DNA from: Abditibacteriaceae bacterium | Lineage (GTDB): Bacteria; Armatimonadota; Abditibacteriia; Abditibacteriales; Abditibacteriaceae | Reading direction: 5' to 3' | NCBI GenBank assembly: GCA_031425655.1 | Contig: JANPJS010000151.1 | Coordinates: 1-22,998 of the forward strand | DNA length: 22,998 bases | Shown here: positions 1 through 8,077 of the stretch, piece after piece | How positions within the stretch are numbered: position 1 is the first letter of the stretch | How the letters are laid out: the number at the start of each line of letters is the position of its first letter | Position numbers and translations under genes: made by a program | Notes under the pieces: model-generated | The model's database searches: none | Seen by the model: the letters and a program-made list of their open reading frames with translations, nothing else | What the model was told of the DNA's origin: nothing

Positions 1-24
1 CGTCAGAAAAGCCACACAGGAGAT

Positions 25-91
25 TCTCTCGCAAAGACGCAAAGGCGCAAAGAATTAAATATTCTTTGCGCCTTTGCGTCTTTGCGAGAGA
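25..91. repeat. REP-like palindromic element, CGCAAAG family (copy A)
   Basis: Perfect 31-bp inverted repeat TCTCTCGCAAAGACGCAAAGGCGCAAAGAAT (25-55) / ATTCTTTGCGCCTTTGCGTCTTTGCGAGAGA (61-91) with a 5-nt loop. Each arm is three 8-mer units. It lies just after the stop of the minus-strand gene at 102. Confidence 0.92.
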
Positions 92-101
92 TAAAAGCCG
101 G

Positions 102-971
102 CTATCGCCGTGAAACCGACGTAGCGCGCACGGTTTGGCCGTCGAAATATCCGACAACGCGCACACGTTCTCCCAGACCAAAGCGGTCGGCGCCATTGTA
201 AGTCACGTTGTAAGTCGCGCCGTTTTCGCCGCGCACGCTGAGCGTGCCGCGATAACGATCTATGTTGCTCACGAGGCCGGGAAAGTCCACCTGACTGCCG
301 TAATTGCCTCCATAACCGCCGCCGTAGCCGCCATTGTAACCATCGCGCAGAACGACGATTTGATCCGCCGCAATCGTGCTGCCGTTCCATGTGCCGACGA
401 TGCGAACGTAAGCGCCGGCGCTTAGGCTATAAGGCAACCGGCTGCGCGCGTCAACGGTGTAAGTGCGACCATTATCGCCGCGCACCGTGAGGCGCGAATA
501 ATTGCTGACCGAACTCACCGTCGCGGGAAAATCCACTTGGCGATTGCCATAGCCGTAGCCGTCATTTCCCAGATTGCGATAGCGATGAGCGATAAGAAGA
601 TCGCGCGAAACGCGCCCGCTGACTTCGACACGCGCGCCGAGCGACAAATTAAAGTTGCCGCCGTCGTCATGCCAAACCACGCGGTAGCTACGCCCATCGG
701 TGGCGCGCAGCTCGAAATAATCGCGTGCCCAAACGCGGGTGACGCTACCCTGAAAGTAGCTCAGACGCTCGCCGTTGTAATATTCAGTTTGCGCGGAGCC
801 GTAGCGATTTTCGTCGTCCGGCCAGCGCAGAGTCGCTTTGCCGCTGCCGTAAACCCTCGAAGAAATTTCGCTATCGCGCTCGGCGGCGCGCACCGAGCCG
901 TTGAAACCAGCCAAAGTGCTTGCTAAAAGCACGGCGGCGGCGAATCTGCGCCTCAAAACCATCGTTTTCAT
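102..971 (-). CDS. Secreted protein with three OB-fold/DUF5666-like repeat modules (289 aa)
   Basis: Start chosen at ATG 971 with SD GAGGTG upstream. Signal peptide MKTMVLRRRFAAAVLLASTLAGF..VRA. Three copies of F.G.V....L.VRG(D/E)NG.TY.V.....G.RVRV.G......A..(S/I) separated by Gly/Tyr/Asn linkers. The family name is inferred. Confidence 0.8.
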   Translation of the reverse strand: MKTMVLRRRFAAAVLLASTLAGFNGSVRAAERDSEISSRVYGSGKATLRWPDDENRYGSAQTEYYNGERLSYFQGSVTRVWARDYFELRATDGRSYRVVWHDDGGNFNLSLGARVEVSGRVSRDLLIAHRYRNLGNDGYGYGNRQVDFPATVSSVSNYSRLTVRGDNGRTYTVDARSRLPYSLSAGAYVRIVGTWNGSTIAADQIVVLRDGYNGGYGGGYGGNYGSQVDFPGLVSNIDRYRGTLSVRGENGATYNVTYNGADRFGLGERVRVVGYFDGQTVRATSVSRR

Positions 972-1005
972 GGAAAATGCACCTCTTTTGCCCCCATCTC
1001 CGGCG

Positions 1006-1830
1006 TTAACGCGAAACCGAAGAAGCATTCACGACACCGTTCGAGTAGTTGCCGACGATCCGCACGCGGTCGCCGACGCGAAAGTAAGCGTTGCTGTTGT
1101 AACGCACCGTGTAACGCTGCCCGTTGTCGCCGCGCACTCCCAAAGTCACAACGCCGCGATCCGCACGCACCGAATCCACGCGTCCGCCGAAGTTGACGCT
1201 GCTGCCTGTGCCGTAATTTCCATTGTTGCCGGAAACGCGGTCGTCTATCAGCTTCACTTTTTTGGCGAGAATAGCGTTACCGCCGGTTGAAGAAGCGGTC
1301 ACGCGCACGCGGTCGCCGGGGTTGATCTTGGTCGAGAAATCGTCGTTCGAGCTTACCGCGTAAGATTGGCCGTTGTCGCCGCGCACATCCAAACGATAGA
1401 CGGAATAAACGCGGAGCACCGTCGCATCGAACTCGAAGCTCTGGTTCGCCGGCGAATTGTAGCCGCCGGGGTAACTGCCGTTATAGCCGCCCGGATAACC
1501 ATAATCGGGATAGCCGTGATTCCCATTATGGCCGCGATGATCGCAGTCGTCGTCATGGTTGTGGTTGCGGTCGTCATCGCGATTCCCACGCCAATCTCCC
1601 TGCGAATCATGCTTGTTCTTATTCTTGTTCTTGTTCTTGCCGCGATCCTCCCAACGTCCGTGGCGGTCGTCGCGCCGATCTTCCTTGTCACGATAGCCCC
1701 AGGCGGGCGCATGATCTTTTGGCTTGGCCTGCGCCGAAGTCGGGTTCAACAAAGGCAGGAGGGATAAAACGCCTGCGGTCAACAGAGCCACCTTCGCGTG
1801 GCCTTCGTTTTTGCGTGCAATCAGTTTCAT
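1006..1830 (-). CDS. Secreted protein with low-complexity N-terminus and two OB-fold/DUF5666-like modules (274 aa)
   Basis: ATG 1830 preceded by AAAGGAAAG. Signal peptide ..VALLTAGVLSLLPLLNPTSAQA, then an HAPAWGYR motif, a D/R/H/N-rich tract and GYPGGY repeats, then two VRGDNGQ.Y modules homologous to the neighbouring genes. Confidence 0.8.
   Translation of the reverse strand: MKLIARKNEGHAKVALLTAGVLSLLPLLNPTSAQAKPKDHAPAWGYRDKEDRRDDRHGRWEDRGKNKNKNKNKHDSQGDWRGNRDDDRNHNHDDDCDHRGHNGNHGYPDYGYPGGYNGSYPGGYNSPANQSFEFDATVLRVYSVYRLDVRGDNGQSYAVSSNDDFSTKINPGDRVRVTASSTGGNAILAKKVKLIDDRVSGNNGNYGTGSSVNFGGRVDSVRADRGVVTLGVRGDNGQRYTVRYNSNAYFRVGDRVRIVGNYSNGVVNASSVSR
1612..1639. repeat. In-frame hexanucleotide simple repeat encoding KNKNKNKNK
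   Basis: CTTGTT CTTATT CTTGTT CTTGTT CTTG on the + strand. Confidence 0.75.
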
Positions 1831-1906
1831 AGCTTTCCTTTCGTGAATTCGCTGCATTTGGGCAGCGAATCTCATATTTGAAGAAACTCAGTCGAATGCG
1901 ATGCCT

Positions 1907-1932
1907 GACGATGCGCGATTTCACCATGTTCA
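1907..1932 (-). promoter_or_regulatory. Putative ECF-sigma promoter (TGAACAT-N15-CGTC)
   Basis: Minus strand TGAACATggtgaaatcgcgcatCGTCaggca, about 75 nt upstream of the 1830 start. The same motif occurs upstream of the paralogue at 3803 and fits the generic ECF -35 AAC / -10 CGT layout. Confidence 0.6.
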
Positions 1933-1959
1933 TTTCTTTTGAAGGCTCTCGCAACTACG

Positions 1960-1997
1960 AAAAAAAGGAGACGGGCGCTCGGCGCCCGTCTCCTTTT
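1960..1997 (-). terminator. Intrinsic terminator, possibly bidirectional
   Basis: AAAAGGAGACGGGCGC-TCG-GCGCCCGTCTCCTTTT hairpin 15 nt after the stop at 2013, with a 7-U tract on the minus strand. Confidence 0.9.
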
Positions 1998-2012
1998 CTG
2001 CATGAAACGTCT

Positions 2013-3803
2013 TTAGCCAACTGATACAGAAGACGCCGTCACTTTGCCGTTGGAAAAAGTGCCGATGACACGCACGCGGTCGCCGACGCGGAAGGTTTGC
2101 AGATTGCGATACGTCACAACGTAAACCGCTCCATTGTCGCCGCGCACACGCAGAGTGCGAATCAGGCCGTTATTGCTCACGGTTTCGACGCGGCCAAAGA
2201 AATTGACTGCTGCGTTGCCGCCCGTGTTGTTGGTGCGAACCGTTCCGGCAGGATGGTCAACGCTGGTGGCAATGATCAGGTCGCGGTCACGAGCATCAAA
2301 GCGTCCGCGAACGATAACACGGTCGCCGTTGGTCAACCAGCCCGGCTCGCGGTTGGTCGTAGTTACACGATAGGTCTGCCCATTGTCAGCGCGCAGAGTG
2401 AACTGGTTGCCGGAGCGGTCGCGTGTTACTACGCCACCGATACTGACGCTTTGACCAGTTCCTGCCCCAACCCCGGTGCCGTTGGGATGCGTCACGCTGG
2501 TCGCAATGATCAAAGTCGAATTAGCCGCAGTGCGCTTGCCGCGCACGGTGACGCGGTCGCCGTTGGTCAGCCAGCCCGGCTCCTGATTGTTGGTGATAAC
2601 GCGATAAGTGCGTCCGTCATCAGTGCGAAGCGAGAACTGGTTGCCGGCGGGATCGCGGGTCACAATGCCGCTCAATGTCACGTTCAAGCCGTTGCCAACA
2701 CCGCCGACGCCATTAGGATGAGTCACGCTGGTCGCAATGATCAAAGTGCGGTCACTAGTATCAAGCTTGCCGCGAACGGTAACGCGGTCACCGTTCGTCA
2801 CCCAGCCCGGCTCTTGATTGTTGGTAATCACACGGTAGGTGCGACCGTCGTCGGCACGAACGGTGAACTGGTTACCGGCGGGGTCGCGGGTTACGACGCC
2901 GCTGACTGTGATGACCTGACCCACGCCGTTGCCATTGCCAACATTGCCGCCACCGGGATGAGTTACGCTGGTAGCGACGATACGATTCTGGTTGAGGCTG
3001 TTGATTTGGCCACGCACTTCGACGCGGTCACCGTTGGAGAGCCAGCCCGGCTCTTTCCGGTTGGTGACAACGCGATAAATGTGTCCGTCGGTGGCGCGCA
3101 TATTGAATTCGTTGCCTTCAAGATCGCTCGCGACCACGCCGCTGACCGTAACATTCTTGACGTCACCGCCGATTCCGCCGACACCGTTGGATTGAGTCAC
3201 GCTGCTGGCGACGATCAGGTTCTGACTGCTGTTGGTGAGGCGCCCTCGCACTTCAACGCGGTCACCATTGGTGAGCCAGCCCGGCTCTTTCCGGTTGGTG
3301 ACAACACGGTAAGTGCGTCCGTCGTTGGCGCGCAAAGTGAATTGGTTGCCGGCAAGATCACTCGCAACCACACCGTTGAGCGTGATGATCTGGCCAACTT
3401 CGTTTCCAATGCCACCGGTTCCGTTGGATTGAGTCACGCTGGTGGCGATGATTGTGTTTTGATTGCGACTGTCGTAACGGCCTCGCACATCAACGCGGTC
3501 GCCGTTGGTCAGCCAGCCCGGCTCTTTGTTGGTGGTTACCACGCGGTAAGTGCGTCCATCGTTGGCGCGCAAGGTGAATTGGTTGCCGGCCTGATCGCTG
3601 GTGACCACGCCGCTGGCGATGAAGTTACCATTGGTTGTTGGGTTGACGTTGAGTTTGTAATTTCGGTCATCCCAAGTCGGGTTTTTCGGAGCGGCGTGAA
3701 CCGCAATCGGGTTCAAGAACGGCGCGACGGCCAAAGCGCTTGCGGTCAACAAGACCGGCCATTTTACGGCGCTGCGCGTTCCTACGTTTTGTTTCGTAAT
3801 CAT
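2013..3803 (-). CDS. Secreted tandem-repeat protein: six near-identical OB-fold/DUF5666-like modules plus one C-terminal module (596 aa)
   Basis: ATG 3803 with SD GGAGG. Signal peptide ..WPVLLTASALAVAPFLNPIAVHA. Six copies of SGVV..D..GNQFTLRA.DGRTYRV.T...EPGWLTNGDRV.VRG.......IIATSVT, then a final VRGDNGAVY module like those of the two downstream genes. Confidence 0.85.
   Translation of the reverse strand: MITKQNVGTRSAVKWPVLLTASALAVAPFLNPIAVHAAPKNPTWDDRNYKLNVNPTTNGNFIASGVVTSDQAGNQFTLRANDGRTYRVVTTNKEPGWLTNGDRVDVRGRYDSRNQNTIIATSVTQSNGTGGIGNEVGQIITLNGVVASDLAGNQFTLRANDGRTYRVVTNRKEPGWLTNGDRVEVRGRLTNSSQNLIVASSVTQSNGVGGIGGDVKNVTVSGVVASDLEGNEFNMRATDGHIYRVVTNRKEPGWLSNGDRVEVRGQINSLNQNRIVATSVTHPGGGNVGNGNGVGQVITVSGVVTRDPAGNQFTVRADDGRTYRVITNNQEPGWVTNGDRVTVRGKLDTSDRTLIIATSVTHPNGVGGVGNGLNVTLSGIVTRDPAGNQFSLRTDDGRTYRVITNNQEPGWLTNGDRVTVRGKRTAANSTLIIATSVTHPNGTGVGAGTGQSVSIGGVVTRDRSGNQFTLRADNGQTYRVTTTNREPGWLTNGDRVIVRGRFDARDRDLIIATSVDHPAGTVRTNNTGGNAAVNFFGRVETVSNNGLIRTLRVRGDNGAVYVVTYRNLQTFRVGDRVRVIGTFSNGKVTASSVSVG
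2245..3620. repeat. Six intragenic tandem repeats with a 231-240 nt period
   Basis: Anchor CCAGCCCGGCTC recurs at 2337, 2571, 2802, 3042, 3276 and 3513. Boundaries are approximate. Confidence 0.92.
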
Positions 3804-3897
3804 GATATTTTCCTCCAAAGGAAGTTGAGCATCGCTTAGATGCAAAATCGCCGCCCGTGTTACATTGGATGTCCCATCGGGCTGCATGGTGCCTGAA

Positions 3898-3922
3898 GAC
3901 GGCACGAGGTCAATTATGTTCA
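3898..3922 (-). promoter_or_regulatory. Putative ECF-sigma promoter (TGAACAT-N14-CGTC)
   Basis: Minus strand TGAACATaattgacctcgtgcCGTCttcaggca, matching the motif at 1907-1932, including the downstream TCAGGCA. Confidence 0.6.
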
Positions 3923-3935
3923 CTTTCGGCGGGAT

Positions 3936-3944
3936 TGCTACACT
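3936..3944 (+). promoter_or_regulatory. Candidate extended -10 promoter for the phosphohexomutase gene
   Basis: TGcTACACT 30 nt upstream of ATG 3975. No good -35 element. Confidence 0.4.
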
Positions 3945-3974
3945 ATCGCCGCTTTCAAAAGGGACAATTTTTCA

Positions 3975-5390
3975 ATGAGTGACTCGCATTCTTCGCGTTT
4001 AATGATTTCGGTTTCGGGCATTCGCGGCGTGGTCGGGCGAAGCCTGACGCCCGCACACGCCCTCGAATTTGTGCAGGCTTACGCCGCTTATTTATGGGAC
4101 ATCGGCGCCGGTCATGGCCGGCAACAACCGCTCGTGCTTTTAGCGCGCGATACACGCACGTCCGGCGACATGATGCGCCACGCGGCGATGGCGGCGCTGA
4201 TCGGAAGCGGCTGTCGCGTGCTGGATTTAGGCATCGTTTCCACGCCGACGCTGCAACTCGCCATTCCGCATCATCAGGCCGATGGCGCCTTGTGCATCAC
4301 AGCTTCGCACAACCCGGCCAACTGGAACGCGCTCAAGTTTTTTCAGCCCAACGGAATGTATCTCGACAAAGCGATGGGCGGCGAATTTCTGCGAAAACAT
4401 GGCGCCAAAGAATGGCATTTCGCGCCGTGGGACGCCATGGGAACCGTTGGCGACGATACGGAAGCGACGGCGCGACACATCCAAAAAGTGCTGGATTATA
4501 TTGATGTCGAAGCGATTCGCGCCCGCAATTTCAAAGTCGTGCTTGACGGCTGTAACGGCGCCGGAAATGTGATTTCTCCGCGCTTATTGGAAATACTCAG
4601 TTGCCAAATCGTGCATATCAACAGCAGTTTGGACGGAATTTTCGCGCACAACCCTGAACCGCTGCCGCAAAACATGACGCAGCTTTGCGAGGCCGTGAAA
4701 CAGCACGGCGCCGACATCGGTTTCGCGCACGACGCTGACGCCGACCGCGTGGCGATTGTCACCGACGACGGCGAATTTATCGGCGAAGATTACTCGCTCG
4801 TTTGGGCCATCGCGCACATCTTAAAAAATCGCAAGCGCGGCCCGGTTGTCACCAATTTAAGCACTTCGATGGCCGTCGAAGCCGTCGCCAAGCCGTTCGA
4901 TTGCCCGGTTTTTCGCGCGCCGGTCGGCGACGTGAATGTCAGCGGCAAAATGCACGAAGTTGGGGCCGTTATCGGCGGCGAGGGCAACGGCGGCGTAATT
5001 ATTCCCGACATCCAATTCGGACGAGACGGCATCGCCGCCATCGGCCTGACGCTGGACTTTTTAGCCAAAGAAGGCAAAACGGCGGGCGAAATTCATCGCT
5101 CGATTCCGCGCTTTTTCAATCGCAAAAGCACCGTCGAATTTCCCAACGACAAAGTGCCGGCGCTGCTGCAATGGCTCAAAGCCAAAGAAAAAACCGCGCG
5201 CCTTGACGAGCAGGACGGCGTGAAATTTTATTGGCCCAAAGACGGCGACGCGACCAGTTGGGCGCACATTCGCCCGTCGGGAACCGAGCCTTTCGTGCGC
5301 GTCATCTGCGAAGCCACCACCGACGCCGAAGCCAAACGCATCGAACAAGCTATGCAGGGCGAAATTGCCGAGTTGGCGGCGGCGCTGTAA
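3975..5390 (+). CDS. glmM: Alpha-D-phosphohexomutase (phosphoglucosamine mutase / phosphomannomutase family)
   Basis: SVSGIRG N-terminus, active-site TASHNP, metal loop DADADR, sugar loop GGEGNGG, C-terminal RPSGTEP. The family is certain; substrate specificity (GlmM versus PMM/PGM) is less so. Confidence 0.8.
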   Translation: MSDSHSSRLMISVSGIRGVVGRSLTPAHALEFVQAYAAYLWDIGAGHGRQQPLVLLARDTRTSGDMMRHAAMAALIGSGCRVLDLGIVSTPTLQLAIPHHQADGALCITASHNPANWNALKFFQPNGMYLDKAMGGEFLRKHGAKEWHFAPWDAMGTVGDDTEATARHIQKVLDYIDVEAIRARNFKVVLDGCNGAGNVISPRLLEILSCQIVHINSSLDGIFAHNPEPLPQNMTQLCEAVKQHGADIGFAHDADADRVAIVTDDGEFIGEDYSLVWAIAHILKNRKRGPVVTNLSTSMAVEAVAKPFDCPVFRAPVGDVNVSGKMHEVGAVIGGEGNGGVIIPDIQFGRDGIAAIGLTLDFLAKEGKTAGEIHRSIPRFFNRKSTVEFPNDKVPALLQWLKAKEKTARLDEQDGVKFYWPKDGDATSWAHIRPSGTEPFVRVICEATTDAEAKRIEQAMQGEIAELAAAL

Positions 5391-5405
5391 TCAAAAAGGA
5401 GAGCA

Positions 5406-6320
5406 ATGAAACCGCAACGGTTAGCTCAATGTTTTCTGCTGTTTTGGCTTGTCTTTCATGCTGTCAGCGCACGCGCCGATTTGACGTTCACAACTGAATT
5501 TCGGCGCGCGGGTTACGACCACGACCCCAATAAAGCAGAACGCGTTGTCGTCACTTACATCAAGGGCGATATGCGGCGCGTTGAGAATACGTGGAGCATT
5601 GAGGGAAGCGCGGGCCGCACATCTTCAGGACGCGCGACGTTTCTGGTGCTCGGTGCGCAGCGGCAGAAGATTACGCTGTATGACGATACGAAAACTTACA
5701 GCGTGGCTCCTCTCAAAGATGCCGTGCTTTTGCGTCTCGTGCCTGCCCCAGACGGCAAGCTGCGAATCGTCGAGGACACAACGCCGCCCACAAAAACAGC
5801 CGCCATTTCCTTTTCAGTTAAGGATTTGGGTGAAGAAACGATTTGCGGCATCAAAACACGCCACTACGGCATTACCCATCTCGAAAAGCTCTCCGACTCC
5901 TCGCGGGCAAATCATTTCGGCTCCGAGGTTTGGGTCGCGTTGGGCTTGGACGCCGAGTTAAAAAATCAGCCGAAGGAAAGATTGGCCCCAGTTCTTCAAG
6001 CTGAACGACTTCCCTCGCCCTGGTTTTCGTTTTCGGATCCGGCCTACAAAACCACTCTCGAAGGCGGCGGCGAAATTTATAACCAACTCAAAAGCGGTTT
6101 TATCATGCGGTCACGAACCCGAACCGGAATTATGGTCGGCGCTATGCCTCCACCGCCCAAAAAATTCACCGGAGGAGAAATCATACACATTCGTGAAGTG
6201 ACTTCGCTTTCGCGTGTTCCGTTAGATGATTCTCGTTTTTCTATCCCTCCCGGCTACCGAGAAGTGCCTGATCCAGACCTTGTTGAAGTGGGCAAACCCT
6301 CAGACAAAACTCAGAAATAA
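5406..6320 (+). CDS. Secreted hypothetical protein, DUF4412-like
   Basis: SD AAGGAG, signal peptide ending ARA, and motifs DLGEETICGIKTRHY and FSIPPGYREV resembling DUF4412/GLPGLI-like proteins. Confidence 0.6.
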   Translation: MKPQRLAQCFLLFWLVFHAVSARADLTFTTEFRRAGYDHDPNKAERVVVTYIKGDMRRVENTWSIEGSAGRTSSGRATFLVLGAQRQKITLYDDTKTYSVAPLKDAVLLRLVPAPDGKLRIVEDTTPPTKTAAISFSVKDLGEETICGIKTRHYGITHLEKLSDSSRANHFGSEVWVALGLDAELKNQPKERLAPVLQAERLPSPWFSFSDPAYKTTLEGGGEIYNQLKSGFIMRSRTRTGIMVGAMPPPPKKFTGGEIIHIREVTSLSRVPLDDSRFSIPPGYREVPDPDLVEVGKPSDKTQK

Positions 6321-6378
6321 CTCCGCAGACCGGCGCAGATAACTATGAGATGCCTCTGCGCGATGAAATCGCGGAGTT
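6319..6378. repeat. Degenerate REP-like hairpin (CGCAGA family)
   Basis: AACTCCGC (6319-6326) / GCGGAGTT (6371-6378) enclosing GCGCAGA (6333-6339) / TCTGCGC (6355-6361). Confidence 0.5.
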
Positions 6379-6402
6379 GGCGACACGGCGAACCGCTAAA
6401 GC

Positions 6403-6530
6403 TAACCACGGATAAACACGGATAAACACGGATGGTTTTCCTTTGCTCGGCCTGAGTTTTCTCCTTATGGGCTTGGCGGCTATTCAATATGGTTTACGAA
6501 TCCGCGTTTATCAGTGTCCATCCGTGGTTA
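6403..6530. repeat. REP-like inverted repeat, CACGGAT 10-mer family
   Basis: TAACCACGGATAAACACGGATAAACACGGAT (6403-6433) / ATCCGCGTTTATCAGTGTCCATCCGTGGTTA (6500-6530), 27 of 31 complementary, 66-nt spacer. It ends 9 nt before ATG 6540. Confidence 0.85.
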
Positions 6531-6539
6531 ATTATCAAC

Positions 6540-7043
6540 ATGGCGAAATTCGATTACTCGCTCAATTACAAAAATCTGAATTTGCGTGAACGCCCCGAAC
6601 TGTATCGCATCGGCGTCGGCGAACAGGGCGTGCTTTTGGTTGAGCCTTACAAAAGCGAAATACTGCCGCATTGGCGCTTTGCAACGCCCGATTTAGCGCG
6701 CGAATCGTCCGCGAAAATCTACGAGCTTTTCCTCGAATATAAAGCGGCGGGCGATTTCGTGGGCATGGACATGGCGCGCAAGTTTTTGCAGATGGGAATT
6801 ACGCGCAGTCGTCGCTACGCCAATCATAAAGGCGGCAAAAAATACGACGGGCCGGTTCCCGAAGATAAAAAGGGGCAAAGCGGCGCGCATGGCCGCAAAG
6901 AGCTTCCGCGTGGACCTGAAGACCCGGTAAAAACCGAAAGCGCACGAATTTTTGCGGAGAAATATACTCTGGCCAAGAACGACGCCGATTACATTCGCAT
7001 GGCACAGGAGCATCGCGCACGATATGAAAACCAATCCGATTGA
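6540..7043 (+). CDS. DUF4385 domain protein
   Basis: Signatures YRIGVGEQGVLLVEPYKSEILPHWRF and DFVGMDMARKFLQMGITRSRRYANHKGGKKY. The upstream extension to 6489 merely translates the repeat arm. Confidence 0.88.
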   Translation: MAKFDYSLNYKNLNLRERPELYRIGVGEQGVLLVEPYKSEILPHWRFATPDLARESSAKIYELFLEYKAAGDFVGMDMARKFLQMGITRSRRYANHKGGKKYDGPVPEDKKGQSGAHGRKELPRGPEDPVKTESARIFAEKYTLAKNDADYIRMAQEHRARYENQSD

Positions 7044-7521
7044 TCCTCAAACGCGCATCGGCCACGTCCATCTCAAAGTCGCCGATTTGCAGCGTGCGCT
7101 CGATTTTTACTGCGGCGTGCTCGGTTTTGAAATCACGCAGCGATACGGGCCGGGAGCGGCCTTTATTTCGGCAGGCGGCTATCATCATCATATTGGGCTG
7201 AACACCTGGGAAAGTTTAGACGGCGCGGCGCCCGCGCCGGGCACGACAGGCCTCTATCATCTCGCTATTCTCTATCCGACGCGCGCCGCACTTGCCGACG
7301 CGCTGCGCCGCCTGCTCAACGCCGGGATCAGGTTAGATGGCGCTGCCGACCACGGCGTCAGCGAGGCGCTTTATCTGCGCGACCCCGATGAAAATGGCGT
7401 GGAGCTTTATTGGGATCGCCCGCAGGCAGAATGGCCGCGTTCGCCGGATGGCGGCATCGCCATGTTCACGCATCGCCTTGATGTCGAAAATCTTCTGCGC
7501 GAATCAAGCGGCGAATCCTGA
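7024..7521 (+). CDS. VOC/glyoxalase family protein (CatE-like catechol 2,3-dioxygenase family)
   Basis: RIGHVHLKVADL, AGGYHHHIGLNTW, GLYHLAILYP, DHGVSEALYLRDPDENGVELY. Overlaps the upstream gene by 20 nt. Confidence 0.9.
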   Translation: MKTNPIDPQTRIGHVHLKVADLQRALDFYCGVLGFEITQRYGPGAAFISAGGYHHHIGLNTWESLDGAAPAPGTTGLYHLAILYPTRAALADALRRLLNAGIRLDGAADHGVSEALYLRDPDENGVELYWDRPQAEWPRSPDGGIAMFTHRLDVENLLRESSGES

Positions 7522-7604
7522 GACGGCGTTAAACAGCGCGGCCTTTTGCTCTGCGTGGTAAATTGCTCTTGAGCACACCGCTGCGCGAGAGGGAATTCAA
7601 AACT

Positions 7605-8075
7605 ATGTCCAAAGAACTGATCATTGCCATGATCGAAATGGGCCGCGACGGCCTGATTCGCACCGCCCAAGCTGTGCCCGACGACAAACTGAACTGGAAA
7701 CCGCTGGATAATGGCCGCGCTGTGCTTGATTTGCTCAGCGAAGCCGCGTGGGTGCCGGAAATTGTCACACGCCTTCTCGAATCTAAAGGCGAATGGAAGC
7801 CGTCTTACGAGTATTTTAAGCAAGGCGCGCCCGAACGCGCCGCTTGGACACGCGACGAGTGTTTGGAAAAGCTGCGGGCCAACACGGACGCGGCCATTGC
7901 AGCCATTCGCGACGTGTCCGAAGAAGAGCTTCTGCAACCGATGAAAATGCCAATCGGCGGCGAAATAACGCTGCCGCTCGGCATCTGGGTGATGATGACC
8001 TATCGAACTTTCATGTCGCGCACGGCGCAAATCAATTACATCCAAACGCTGTATGGCGATTTTGAATCGCACTAA
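7605..8075 (+). CDS. DinB/YfiT-like four-helix-bundle protein lacking the canonical His ligands
   Basis: VPDDKLNWKP..NGR....L.E and ..AQINYIQTLYGD follow the DinB layout. GAGAGGG lies upstream of ATG 7605. Confidence 0.7.
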   Translation: MSKELIIAMIEMGRDGLIRTAQAVPDDKLNWKPLDNGRAVLDLLSEAAWVPEIVTRLLESKGEWKPSYEYFKQGAPERAAWTRDECLEKLRANTDAAIAAIRDVSEEELLQPMKMPIGGEITLPLGIWVMMTYRTFMSRTAQINYIQTLYGDFESH

Positions 8076-8077
8076 AA

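Noticed and set aside
1688..1954. 88-aa minus-strand ORF upstream of and overlapping the 1830 gene
   Set aside because: It spans the terminator-proximal promoter region, overlaps a better-supported gene in another frame and has no recognisable motifs.
2245..3620. Regularly spaced direct repeats suggesting a CRISPR array
   Set aside because: The period is 231-240 nt (multiples of 3), the intervening sequences are homologous and variation is largely synonymous, so these are protein domain repeats. No cas genes are present.
2097..3839. 580-aa plus-strand ORF antisense to the repeat protein
   Set aside because: It is a codon-register mirror of the real gene. Repetition and codon bias explain the lack of stops, and it shows no independent motifs or RBS.
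6489..6539. N-terminal extension of DUF4385 (MVYESAFISVHPWL)
   Set aside because: It is a translation of the repeat's right arm. The family-like sequence starts at 6540.
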